This document shows positions 12,198-23,527 of a stretch of DNA of 37,957 nucleotides, piece after piece. Made by a program: the position numbers and the translations under genes. Source of the DNA: Chiloscyllium plagiosum (Eukaryota); assembly GCF_004010195.1 (NCBI RefSeq), contig NC_057719.1, positions 64,195,962 to 64,233,918 on the forward strand, written 5' to 3'. How positions within the stretch are numbered: position 1 is the stretch's first letter; every line of letters starts with the position of its first letter. Below the pieces are notes generated by a model that was not told the DNA's origin, did no database searches, and saw only the letters and a program-made list of their open reading frames with translations.

Positions 12198-12813
12198 GGA
12201 GAAAGTGAGGTCTGCAGATGCTGGAGATGAGAGCTGAAAATGTGTTGCTGGAACAGCGCAGCAGGTCAGGCAGCATCCAGGGAACAGGAGAATCGACGTT
12301 TCAGGCATAGGGACAACCGGACCAACCAACCCAACCACCCTGTGGCTCAACTCTTCAACTCCCCCTCCCACTCCACCAAGGATATGCAGGTCTTTGGACT
12401 CTTCCATCGCCAGACCACAACAACACGACGGTTGGAGGAAGAGCGCCTCATCTTCCGCCTAGGAACCCTCCAACCACAAGGGATGAACTCGGATTTCACC
12501 AGTTTCCTCATTTCCCCTCCCCCCACCTTGTCCCAGTCAAATCCATCGAACTCAGCACCGCCTTCCTAACCTGCAATCTTCTTCCCGACCTCTCCGCCCC
12601 CACCCCAGTCTGACCTATCACCCTCACCTTGACCTCTTTCCACCTATCACATTTCCGACGCCCCGCCCCCAAGTCCCTCCTCCCTACCTTTTATCTTAGC
12701 CTGCTAGACAAACTTTCCTCATTCCTGAAGAAGGGCTTATGCCCGAAACGTCGATTCTCCTGTTCCCTGGATGCTGCCTGACCTGCTGCGCTGTTCCAGC
12801 AACACATTTTCAG
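12198..12813 (+). mobile_element. Penelope-like element: inverted 5' pLTR piece, GIY-YIG C-terminus and 3' pLTR
   Basis: HPVAQLFNSPSHS..MQVFGL..RRLEEERLIFRLGTLQPQGMN is the PLE GIY-YIG endonuclease C-terminus. 12198-12309 is an inverted copy of the 3' end. 14-bp TSD atctgtggatctga at 12184-12197 and 12814-12827. Confidence 0.92.
12721..12756 (+). ncRNA. Minimal hammerhead ribozyme motif in PLE pLTR
   Basis: CTGAAGA-a-gggc-ttat-gccc-GAAA-cg-TC: CUGANGA core, stem II, GAAA, palindromic ACGT in place of stem III, GUC site. Stem I is weak. Confidence 0.75.
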
Positions 12814-14663
12814 ATCTGTGGATCTGACCCGAGAACGTGCAGGATGCAAACAGGAAATCTATCCTTGAGGGAATAGATCCAGGTGTATCTAATCTGTGCT
12901 CCATCTGTAGGGGTACTGAAGGCATCTTGCAGCTTCATGTCTTTAACTGTTTCCATCAGGAATCAGGAGATGGAGTCCAGTTCGCTGTCAGCCCCTTCGG
13001 ATTGGCCATCTGCAGTGATGATGTAGTTGAAGTCTCCAGCTGGATGTCACTGGCAGCAGTGGGGGCTGGTGAAGCAGAGCCAGTCGCTCACTCTGTACCA
13101 CTGGGGCATAAACATTAATCAATCTTGGGAGTATTCATGTATGTAACATCTGCCACGAGGAGGTGCCCACCCGCAACCTCCTTAACTTGGTGATGGTGAG
13201 GTTGCCCCCTTGCAGCAGAATACACAGGCAGGAGGTATGACTATCGTTTCCCTCTGACCAAATCAAAGGCCCATGAGTTCATAAGCTTGACCATCTCCTG
13301 TACCTGCTGAGGTGTGGTATCCCACACTTCTGCAAAAACAGGAGGTCTGCTTTGATGTTAGCCAGATAAGCCAATGTGAAAACACATTGTGTTATAAAGT
13401 TAACACTAAGCACGTTAACACTTGCAATTTTAACACCCATTTTAAAAGTTTGTAGAATTACCTAATCTCCATTCACCCATGATCTTGTCACTGAGGGATT
13501 CCCTGCATCCCCATGGTGTGGGCAAACTGTTGGACAATCTCCACACTGAGGTAGTTGCCCTGTTCCTCCCTGGAGGGATTGCCCTGCTCTGGTGAGGTTG
13601 GGGTGGGACCAAAGCCAGCAGGGTCCAGTTCTGGGTCTGACAGAGGGATTGTCAAAGTGTTGTGGCCTCCATGTGCCTGGATCTGTGGTGCAGTGGGTAC
13701 CTCCTGCTTCTCACCAGTGGGAGGTTGGCTTCGCCAGACCCCTCGGGGAGTCCGGTGTTTCCAGGTTGGGGATGTTCTCCTCTCTTTTCCCCCATGGTGC
13801 TCTGCCTGTTTTATTTTTATTGATGGTCATCCCTCCACACATCTTCATCCATCAGGGGAGCTGCTGGTGTAGCCATCATGCAGCTACCTCCTTCCATTTT
13901 AATGTAGGGCTTTGGGGGCCTGACGTGTTTTCCTTTTCCAGTTATTTCTCACCGGTATCCATTCCCCTGCCTCCTTGGTCTCCTGCTCCTCCATTGACTC
14001 GGTTTGTGCAGACAGAGGTTATGTTAGTGGCTGTACTTCCACACTGGTTACCTTTTCCTCCTCTCTGGCCTGTCCTTCCTTCTGGGTGCCCCTTGTATCA
14101 GTTTTTTTGCTGGGAGGTGGCACCTTACTGACCTTTGGGGATCCATGGCTCACATTGCCACTTCTGGCCACCTGAGCGTCTGACTGAAAGTGTATCTTTG
14201 CTTGAATGCATGTCAATAATCAAAAAGTGGAACATTTGAGGTCATGTAATTACAAATGTTTTGCACTGAATGCATGTTAGCTACTGTAAAGTCACCTATT
14301 AATGTATTGTGTTCTGGTCCTGCTGCCTTCTTCAAAACATGCGAACTCTGAACTTCTGTATGTGAATCTTGTAGTAAAATTATATCATTTTAGCAATTTA
14401 TTCTAACTTAGCAACCCATAACTCAGAGATAACTGTTTCTGCTGATAGCTAAGAGCAACAATTTTAACCCAACAAAAATAATACAAATCCTTTGAGTATT
14501 AAACTATTCAGACAACATTTGGTCCACGGATAATTTGTTTTCATATGAAAACATTCTTCAATTCAAACAGAGAAAATGAATTTGGTATGGAGTAACTCTT
14601 CTATTTAAATTACAACATTGCAGTTTTTTTGACCAAGTAAATAAAAAGTAAGTAGGATTGTTT

Positions 14664-14888
14664 TGTTATGTTTCACATTCAGTATGTCAGTATACCTTTA
14701 AGAGGCATGCTCATGATTTCATCACCGTATCATATGTGACCTGAAGGTATAAAGATCTCTGATGCCACCTTAACTGGGGCCACTTGAAGCATAACACACA
14801 ACTGGAAGTGTGATCTTCGTTTGTGACTGAATGGCCTAATACTAGCCCAGATACATGTGTCTGTGAATGTAATAATTGTATATAATAG
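14664..14888 (+). mobile_element. 5' half of a putative older solo LTR (3' half at 21240-21377)
   Basis: Starts TGTTATG and contains TATA-like ggtataaag. The other half has AATAAA and ends CATAACA. No TSD seen. Confidence 0.45.
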
Positions 14889-15572
14889 TGTTATGTGGGT
14901 GTACTGTACCTATAAGAGAATTAAAAGCTAGCAGAACTACCTGACAGCACCAAGTGTTCTGAATAAGATACAATGTAATATGTGGTCCAGCTACTAGGGT
15001 AGCTGGTTGCTTGGAGACAAAAACAGATTCAAATTAGGCCAATCAGTTTAAATTATACCCCTCAAAAAAGCCAAACTCTAATCAAGCTTGAATTTAGTAT
15101 ATTGACAATCTTAAAGCCAATGACACTATCTGATGTTTTGGAGGTATAAAACCATGGAAAATTGAACAGTTGGGAGGAAGACTGCCAAGCCACCAGCATG
15201 TAGAGACTGCCCGAAAAATGGCTCTCTTAAAGGTACCTTGATCGATCAGTGACCTGTGAAGCAGAAATCCCTAAGAAGAAGAAAAGTAAGATTCAACATC
15301 TGGCTGGTTTTTGAAAAGTTGAATTTTGGTAAATCTTAATTGGGGGTTTTATTGGACTAATATTATAGAAGTGAAAGTAAAAGATAGGTTAGAGGAAGGA
15401 GTTGTAAATAGTTATTAGTTAATTATTCTGTTATACTTTGAGAAATAAAGTTGTTAATTTTCACTTTAAATAGTTTTTCGCCTCTCAAATTTTCTCAGAT
15501 TAGTGCACAGAATTAATCTTTTCTGTATTGCTGGTATAAATTAAGCAGGAGGGTTTACCCCATGTCATAACA
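14889..15572 (+). repeat. 5' LTR
   Basis: Direct repeat of 20544-21239 with CCAAT, tataaaa and aataaa motifs. Roughly one mismatch per 8-10 bp by eye. Confidence 0.95.
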
Positions 15573-15575
15573 GTT

Positions 15576-15593
15576 TGGGGGCTTATCCAGGAT
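15576..15593 (+). promoter_or_regulatory. Primer binding site, tRNA-Pro
   Basis: tgggggcttatccaggat versus canonical TGGGGGCTCGTCCGGGAT. All three differences are CpG-type transitions. Lies 3 nt after the LTR. Confidence 0.88.
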
Positions 15594-15818
15594 TTGAATG
15601 GTTTGTGCGGGGGGCCTTTTGTCTGCAATTTGAACATTTTGGGGCTTGGATTTAGGATTTGAACTGGTTTAGACAGATTTGAATAGATTTGGGATACGAA
15701 AGATCCCAGCAAATTTAAACACTTGCAGTTTAGTGTCCTAGATTTTTAAATAAAATGTAGTTGAGACAATTTATTTAATTTTGGTGACTTGTGGTTGACT
15801 AAATTAAAAGTATGAGAA

Positions 15819-17040
15819 ATGGCTCTTAAAATTGCTAAAGAGGTTCTGGGATTTGAAGATTTTTCTCAAATTTTCCAAGAAAGTTTAGAAGAAAAGAAAA
15901 AGGTCATACTTTTAGAATTAGCAAAGAAATTAGATTTGGGTTTAACCAAGGACAAAAGTAAAGCTGAAATTGTAAGGGAATTACTCAAACACTTAGGTAT
16001 GTCAGAGAAACAAACAAGTGCAGCAGAGGTAGAAAAACTTAAAATTATAATTGAGGAAAATGGAGTTAGAAAATAAACAAAGAGAGAGAGAGAGGACAAA
16101 GAGAGAGCGAGAATGTTCTTCAGTGAGCAAAGAGAGAGAAAGAGAGAGAGAATTTGAACTTGAGAAGTTGTGACTTAGTCAGGAAAGTCAAGTTAGCAGG
16201 ATGGAGATTAAAAGAGAAGGTAGTGATGTATATAAATATGTCAAAACTCTGCCACATTTTGATGAGAAAGATCTTGAAGCCTTCTTTATTTAATTTGAAA
16301 AATTGGCTAGGCAGATGGAGTGGTCTGAGGATTTATGGGTAATGCTAGTTCAGACTAAACTGGAACTAGTGAGGTATTTGCTGCACTGTCAGATGAAGGA
16401 GGTCAAGAGATTATGAAGAGGTTAAACAGGCTATTTTAAGTGCTTATGAATTGATACCAGAAGCATATAGACAGTGGTTCAGATACACAAAGAAGGACTT
16501 ATGTTGAGTTTGAAAGCATAGTCAGTTTGATTGATGGGTACGTGCTTTGAAAATACATAGGACCTTTGAGGCTCGAAGAGAGATTATTCTGCTGGAGGAG
16601 TTTAAAAACTTACTTCCAGAGATGGTAAGATTTCATGTGGAGGAACAGAATGTTTGGGAAGTGAGAAGAGCGGCAGAATTAGCAGATGAGTACAAGTTAG
16701 TGCGTAAGACAAGCTTCTGGCCAGAATTTCATCCTGTGTGGGATAGAATTTGGGAGGACCTACACTACAAAACCAAGAGTCAAGCGCACTGGTAAGAATT
16801 TACCACATGTTAAAGAAACTTAAGAGGATGATAAGGAGGTGAAAGGCCTCAGGTGTTTTTAACTGTATAGACTGGGACACAGAAAATTACAATGCTGGTA
16901 GTTTCAAGGGCACTGGGAAAAGGTGTTTTCACTGCCAGAAGGTGGGACATGTAAAGTCACAGTGCTGGTCATTAAGGAAAGGCACTGTGGGAAAAGGTTG
17001 GTATAAGAAGCTAAGCCAGTGGCATTAGTGAAAGTAGTAA
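15819..17040 (+). pseudogene. gag: Retrotransposon gag (coiled coil, SCAN-like capsid C-domain, two CCHC knuckles), frameshifted
   Basis: LLELAKKLDL; LPHFDEKDLEAFF; VKQAILSAYELIPEAYRQWFR; REIILLEEFKNLLPEMVRFHVEE..AAELADEY; CFHCQKVGHVKSQCW at 16924 and a damaged knuckle at 16854. Confidence 0.85.
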
Positions 17041-17099
17041 AGGAGACTCCAAGAAGAGCCGAGGAGCTGCAGGAGAGCGCACAGCCAGGCAGGGGCTGG

Positions 17100-20000
17100 G
17101 GATGGAGTTAGCACAGAATTTGCCTCTGTGGGTAAGGTTTATTCAGAAAGAACAGGGGGAGAAGGCAAGAAGTTATAATTTTGATAGATACCTAACCAGT
17201 CGCTGATAGTAAGAGACGAGCGAGTATGCACTCTTTCTGATATGTTACCCGAGAGTATGGTAATTTGTAGGTTTGGTGGAAATTTAGCATTCCCCTATGT
17301 CAGATCATGTTGGAGTGGCAACTCAAGACTGGGGAAGTTACAGTGGGAGTGATTGATAGAGTGTCAGTTCCAGGAATTTAGTTTGTTCTTGGGAATGATT
17401 TGGCAGGATCCAAGGTGGGAGTGACATCTCTTGAGGTGGAGAAGCCCAAGAAAGACCAAGAAACTGAGGAGTTAAAACAAAAGTATCCTGGAATTTTGCC
17501 ACTATCATAAGTCACAGCACAAAGTGAAAAGTAAAGAGAAAGATGAAGAAGTTAAGGTTCAATTAGTGGATACCCTGTTTGACATAATAGTGCAGGAAAA
17601 ACCTGCACGGGCAGAGGGTCAGACAGACGTATTTAGTCCTGAAAAGCTAAGAGACTTGCAACAGCAAGACAAGAGGATAAAAGATATGTATGTGGATGTG
17701 TACTCCGAAAAGGAGGAGACAATGTTCCGGAGGGTTATTATCTGAAAGATAGAATCCTAAGATGGAAATGGAGACGACGGCAGGTTAGTGCAGAGGAGAA
17801 ATGGGCCAAAGTGCACCGGATTGTGTTGCCAGTAGCATACAGACAGGTGTTACGTGTAGTACATGAACTACCTGTACGAGATCACCTAGGGATACGAAAG
17901 ACTCAGGCTAAGGTACAAAAACATTATTGGCCTGGAATACACAAAGATATGGTAAACTTTTGCCATATGTGTAATACATGCCAAATGGTAGGTAAGCCAC
18001 AGGCGGTAATAAAACCAGCACTTTTGTTGCCAATTTCTACATTTAAAGGATCTTTCCCGTGGGTTATAATTGATTGTGTAGGTCCCCTCCCAAGAACTAA
18101 AAGTGGGAACCAGTACTTGTTAACCATAATGGATGTGTCTACCAGATTTCCGGAAGGTAGTTCATGTACTACACATTACGGAATACCAAGGCAAAAAAGG
18201 TGGTAGAGGAGTTAGTAGCTTACCTCAGCCTTTATGGGCTACCCAGAGAGATTCAGTCGGACCTTGAAGACCATGTTGAGAGCTTACAGTCAGGGTTACT
18301 TGCATGATTGGGATAAAGGTATCCCACTCGTATTGTTTGTCATTAGAGATGCTCCAAATGAATCCAGTCAGTTCACTCCTTTTGAGTTAATATTCAGTCA
18401 TGAAGTGAGAGGCCCTTTGAAATTAATTAAAGAAAAATTGACAGGACCAAAGTTGGAGATCTCACACTTAGATTATGTATTGGACGTGAAGACAAGACTA
18501 AATTGAGTAGGTGAGTTAGCTAAACAGCACCTAAAGAGGGCACAATACAGAATGAAGCAGGTGTCAGATAAAAGCGCTGAGACTTGGACGTTTTCCTGAG
18601 GGGATGACGTGTTAGTGCCGTTACCAGTGATAGGAGACCTCTTCAAAGCCAGGTTTAGTGGTCCCTATCAAATTGAGAAAAAGTTGAGTCAGGTGAACTA
18701 TCTAGTAAAACTGCCAGTCAGAAAAAAAAGGTCTTGGGTATGTCATGTGAACATGTTGAAATTGTGATAGGAGACCTCTTCAAAGCCAGGTTTAGTGGTC
18801 CCTATCAAATTGAGAAAAAGTTGAGTCAGGTGAACATGTTGAAACTGTATTATACTAGAGAGAAAGAACTGGAGAAACAGGTGTTAGTTACTGTCCTGCA
18901 AAGTGAGGAATCAAATCCTGATGATGTGGATTTTGATGTGTCTCAAAATAGATTAAAAATTGAAGAAGTCCTTGAGGAGTGGGATAGGTTAGTAAGCTAT
19001 CTGTCTCAGGTGCATAGAATGCATTTGAAAGATTTGTTACTGCAGTATAAGGACATGTGTAAGAATCAGTTGGGGAGGACTAATGCTATTGTTCATGTGG
19101 TGGACATAGGGAATACTGCTTAGATAAAACAACTCCCCTATTGGCTTAATCCTTTCAAAGCCAGACAAGTCCAGATGGAGATGGAGGCCAGGCCCAACGA
19201 GGACATCATCAAACCAAGCCAGAGCAAATGTAGTTCGCTGATCATCTTAGTTCCCAAACCAGATGGGACTCAATGATTCTGCGTGGATCATCAGAAGGTC
19301 AACGCCATTACAAAATCGGACCCATATCCAATTCCTAGATTGGAGGACTGTATCGAGAGAGTTGGACAAGCCAGTGGTATCACCACATTGGACTTAATGC
19401 GTGGTTACTGGCAAGTACCTTTGTCAGAGACGGCGAAAGAAATTGCTGCATTTGTAACTCCAAATGGGCTATATCATTTTAAAGTGTTGCCTTTTGGAAT
19501 GAAGAACGCATCTGCCACATCCAAAGACTCATGAACAGAGTTGTGGTTGGGTTAACAAACTGTGCAGTCTATTTGGACGGTGTAGTGATCTTTAGTCAGT
19601 CCTGGAAAGATCACTTGGTACAGTTGGCAAAGCTCTTTGAACGACTACAAGAAGCAAAACTTGCGGTAAATAAAATGGAATTTGCAAAAGCAGAGGTGAC
19701 ATTCTTGGGACATAACATCGGTCATGGAAGGTTGGCCCCACAGAATGCAAAGACGAAGACCATCGAGGAATTTCTATGACCAACGTCGAAGAAAGAAGTG
19801 CTTCGATTCTTAGGTCTCAGCGAATTCTATCGGACGTTTGTTCCAAATTTTAGTTGTGTAGTGACACCGTTGACCAATTTGATGAAGTAGAACACAAAGT
19901 TTTGGTGGACAGAAACATGCCAGGAAGCATTCGACCATTTGAATTCAATATTAACCACCAAACCAGTTTTAGCTGCACCAAACGTTTCAAAACGTTTTAA

Positions 20001-20367
20001 AGTCGCCATCAATGCTAGTGACATTGAAGTTGGAGCTGTACTCCTACAGGACGATGAGGATGGGATTGAGCTGCCAGTTGGTTACTTTATGAAGAAGATC
20101 AACATCCACCAGAGGAAATACTCCACAATTGATAAAGAACTACTGAGTTTGGGACTGGCCTCACAACATTCCAATGTGTATGTCACGAATGATGTGTCAG
20201 AGACGGTTGTGTACACGGATCACAATCTGCTTTTATTCTTAGAATGCTTTAAAGACAACAGTAGGAGACTATTTTGTTGGAGTCTTATGTTACAGACTTT
20301 TAATTTAAAAATCATTCATGTTGTGGGTCGTAAGAATGTAATTCCAGATGCGTTACTGCGGATTTAA
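17100..20367 (+). pseudogene. pol: Retrotransposon pol: protease (~17170), integrase (~17811-18850), RT (~19130-19830), RNase H (~19980-20367)
   Basis: IN motifs HELP..HLG..YWP..CHMCNTCQ, IIDCVGPLP and GPY. RT motifs PYPIPRLEDC, LDLMRGYWQ, PFGMKNA and YLDG (mutated YLDD). RH motifs NASD.., YST.DKELL, YTDH and PDALLR. Many stops and frameshifts. Confidence 0.92.
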
Positions 20368-20532
20368 CTGATAACGTTTAGATGAGATTTGTATTTATTT
20401 AACATTATATATATCCAGGTATATGGGAAGAAGTTAAGGTGAACTTATATTAAAGTTATCTGTATGTTAGGGTAAAGTGTTTAAAAAGTAGAGAAAAAGT
20501 AGAGAACCATTTTGATGGTTCATTTTTTTCTT

Positions 20533-20543
20533 AAGGGGGGAGG
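20533..20543 (+). promoter_or_regulatory. Polypurine tract
   Basis: Unbroken purine run (aa, six g, agg) directly before the 3' LTR. Confidence 0.9.
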
Positions 20544-21239
20544 TGTTATGAAGATGTGGGTTTACTGTACCTTTAAGAGACCTGAAAGCTAGCAGAACTA
20601 CCTGACAGCACCATATTCTGAATGAGATACATTGTAACATGTGGTCCAGCTTCTGGGATAGCTAGGGTAGCTGGTTGCCCGAAGATAAAAACAGATTCGA
20701 ATTAGACCAATCAGTTTAAATTATACCACCCAAAAGTCAAACTCCAGTCAAGTTTGAATTTAGTATGTTGACAATCTTAAAGGCCAATGACACAATCCAA
20801 TGCTTTGAGGGTATAACACTGGGGAAAATTGAACAGTTGGGAGGAGAACAGCCAAGCCACCAGCATATAGAGACTGCCCGAAAAATGGCTCTCTTAAAGG
20901 TACCTTGATCAGTCAGTGACCTGAGAAGCAGAAATTGGTAAGAAGAAGAAAAGTAAGATTCGAAATCTGGCTGGTTTTTAAAAAGTTGAATTTTGGTAAG
21001 TCTAAATCAGGGGTTTTATATGATTAGTATTATAGAAGTGAAAGTAAAAAATAGGTGAGAGGAAGGAGTTGTAAATAATTGTTAGTTAATTATTCTCTGT
21101 TATATTTTAAGAAATAAAGTTGTTAATTTCTACTTTAAATAGTTCTTGGCCTCTCGAATTTTCAGATTACTGCACAAGATACATCTTTTCTGTGTTGCTG
21201 GTTTAAATTAAGCAGGAGGGCTTACCCTGTGCCGTAACA
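20544..21239 (+). repeat. 3' LTR
   Basis: Direct repeat of 14889-15572; starts TGTTATG and ends TAACA. Confidence 0.95.
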
Positions 21240-21459
21240 TTGGCCAGTTTTAATAAACATATGTTGGATCTCTAAATATCATGTTATCCATGCCTACTTT
21301 CTTATGTCTCAATGAATAATATAAGCATTGCTGCGTCAGGTGAAGAAGACACCCTACTGGATGCAAAACCCATAACATCATGAACATCGAATTATCTTGA
21401 AGGCTACCTTTTACAATGAGAAGCCTAATGATGGCTTTAACAAATGAGATCATTAGCTA

Positions 21460-22120
21460 ATTAAGAAAGTTTTTCTCTTGAAAAGTCAAGGCTAAGGTAT
21501 GACTTGAAATAAATCTTAAGAGTGTGATAGGATGGATATTGAGAAGATGTTTCCACTCGTGATTAACCCAAAACTCAAGGCCATAGATATAAGATTGTGG
21601 TGTATTACAGATCACTTAGCAAGTGAACACATTTACAAGTAGTTGCAGTGTAGAGCTTTGGAAAGTAACGGAAGACGCTTCAGTTTTTAATGCATTACGG
21701 CTGTCTCACTTTTACCATCTGTCATTGGTCTGTTTTGGCAGGATATGCAGATTGACAATCAATCTGTTTGGCTGTGTAATGAATGCACCATCCTGACATG
21801 GGACCTGAACACTGGGTTTCTCAGTCCGAGGCAGGGACAAACCTGATGCACCACAAAGTGTACTAAATATAAAGTAATAATAAATCCAATAGGAATTCAG
21901 TAAAACTTCTTTGATTGAACAGTATTGAAAATGTGGAATTTGCTACCATGGAGAATAGTTGAGGTGACTACCATAAATGCTTCTAAAATAATTTTAGCCA
22001 AACACTTGAGGGTGAAAGGAACAGAATGTTATGCTGAAAATGTTTGCTGAGCAGGAGAGGTGGGTTCGTTAGAGTCAATTGGTTGGACAGAATGACCTGT
22101 TTCTGTGCTGTATGTTATAA
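21460..22120 (+). mobile_element. Old CR1 3' end interrupted at about 21596-21870
   Basis: gagaagatgtttccact, aactcaaggccatag, aatgtggaatttgctacca, gaatgacctgtttctgtgctgta. Confidence 0.6.
21757..21858 (-). mobile_element. Decayed tRNA-derived repeat head
   Basis: Reverse strand tgtggtgcatcagg..tgtccctgcctc..gtgttcaggtccca gives A/B-box-like spacing. Confidence 0.4.
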
Positions 22121-22439
22121 GTAACATCTGCTCCTTGCAGTACTGGAAATGTGTTCGTCATTAAACAATGTACCTGTGCTGAGTTGTGGCAGATGAATTC
22201 CAAGAGGGATAAGTCTTAAAATTTAGATTTGCATTGCATTGCAGTGGGCGGAAATCATTCAAGTGATTTCATGTAAACAGGTAACACTGAGTGTTTCATT
22301 TAAAGATTTTAGTATACACCAATGCTATTCTTCACTCCCTAAACAAGTAATGCAGTAATGGAAATTGGGGTAAAAAGGAATGCCATGCAAGTCAACTGTG
22401 CAGCAATTGTGGTCAGTAGAAGTGTTACAGCAATAATAG

Positions 22440-22568
22440 TTGTGAAGAAGTATCACTAGACTCAAAATGTTAACTCTGTTTTCTCTCCACAAATACTGCC
22501 AGACCCGCTGAGTTACTCCAGCAATTTCTGATTCAGATTTACAGCTTCTGCAGTTCTTTGTTTTATTT
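22440..22568 (+). mobile_element. Old PLE pLTR end with decayed hammerhead-like start
   Basis: tgaagaag..actcaaaatgtt..tgccagacccgctgagttactccagc..ctgcagttctttg; flanked by cagcaataatag (22428-22439) and cagcagtaatag (22569-22580). Confidence 0.65.
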
Positions 22569-23527
22569 CAGCAGTAATAGAAATGGTTTGTACCCATTTT
22601 TCTTTTGGAAATGGTTGCTTAATTAAGTAAGGGGGTGGAATTGTAGTAATCTGATGCAGATCGCTCACTGGAGAATCAGAACTCATCTATATATATTTCA
22701 CAAAGTATATATAAACCTGTGGCCTGTGGGCGGAAATGTCTGAAGAACTGCAGTTACAGAGATAACAAATTAAAGATATTTTTTTCAACCTTCTCAAAAA
22801 AAACTTATTCTATCGCACGTATTTGGCCAGTGATGTGTCAATTAATTATGATTAACACTTTCCCCCAATATTAAGTATGATTTTTCCAAATTGTGTCGAA
22901 TTTGATCATCTTTCCTGTCCAAACATAAATTGGTTGATGAGTTTCAGAAAGTTATCCACCAGTAATCAGACTGCAACTGAGTCTAGTGAACTTTCAGGTT
23001 CAGCTCAGTTGTGTGGTGCAGTTGGCTGCATGTTTGGATATCCATCAGTTTTATGGCATGCATTGAATAGTATGAAGGAATTCTAGTGCTTCAATAGTTT
23101 TTAGCTGTGCACAGGAATTTACAGAAAAAATTAAATTTTGTCATGGGTATAACAATAAGTAACAGATTGTGGGGCAGAAGTGTAGGAAGCTTTTTTGATA
23201 CTTTACAGATTAGGCAGTCAAAACATTGCCATGGCAGAACAGATGATGCAAAATCGGCTGTTTTCCAGAAATGGTTATGCTGTCAAAAAGTTGAATGACC
23301 AGACAAGATAGTGAACCGCAATGACAGGCACCAATTACACATTGCAACAATTGTTTACTGACATGAGTTCTTCCTGTGACCCATGTGTTTCCTTGTCATA
23401 AGAATTGCATGACTGCATTTCACAATATCTGTCCTTTCTGGGATCTATGCTTTAGAGAGGCCCAAGAAAACATGTACCGGCCGAGTCAACTTCTCTCATA
23501 CTCAGCACCTGCCCATTGCATAATATT

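Larger units (their letters stand above)
10312..14180 (-). mobile_element. Tx1/L1-clade non-LTR retrotransposon, 5'-truncated and heavily deleted
   Basis: Minus strand: ORF1 C-terminal part, then ORF2 ATG at 13440 (MGVKIASVNV...DLLFLQKCGIPH). Endonuclease motifs RIDFLF, FSDH and GTWKLNVKLL. RT motifs IHPDQ, RDTIAYV and LISLDKEKAFDRISH. AATAAA and A-rich tail at 10312-10343. Confidence 0.88.
14889..21239 (+). mobile_element. Gmr1-like Gypsy/Ty3 LTR retrotransposon, full length, decayed
   Basis: Two ~690-bp LTRs with TGTTA...TAACA ends, PBS, PPT, and domains in the order gag-PR-IN-RT-RH. Confidence 0.95.

Noticed and set aside
13555..14131. Plus-strand ORFs of 105 and 179 aa
   Set aside because: They are antisense to the Tx1 ORF1 region and show no protein-family features.
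15576..15720. CRISPR-like repeat spacing
   Set aside because: Units are degenerate and irregular, the context is a eukaryotic retrotransposon, and no cas genes are present.
16080..16152. (AG)n microsatellite
   Set aside because: It encodes the ER-rich coiled coil of gag.
21596..21855. Apparent TIRs tgtggtg...caccaca suggesting a MITE
   Set aside because: The match is short, there is no convincing TSD, and the right end is explained by a tRNA-derived head.
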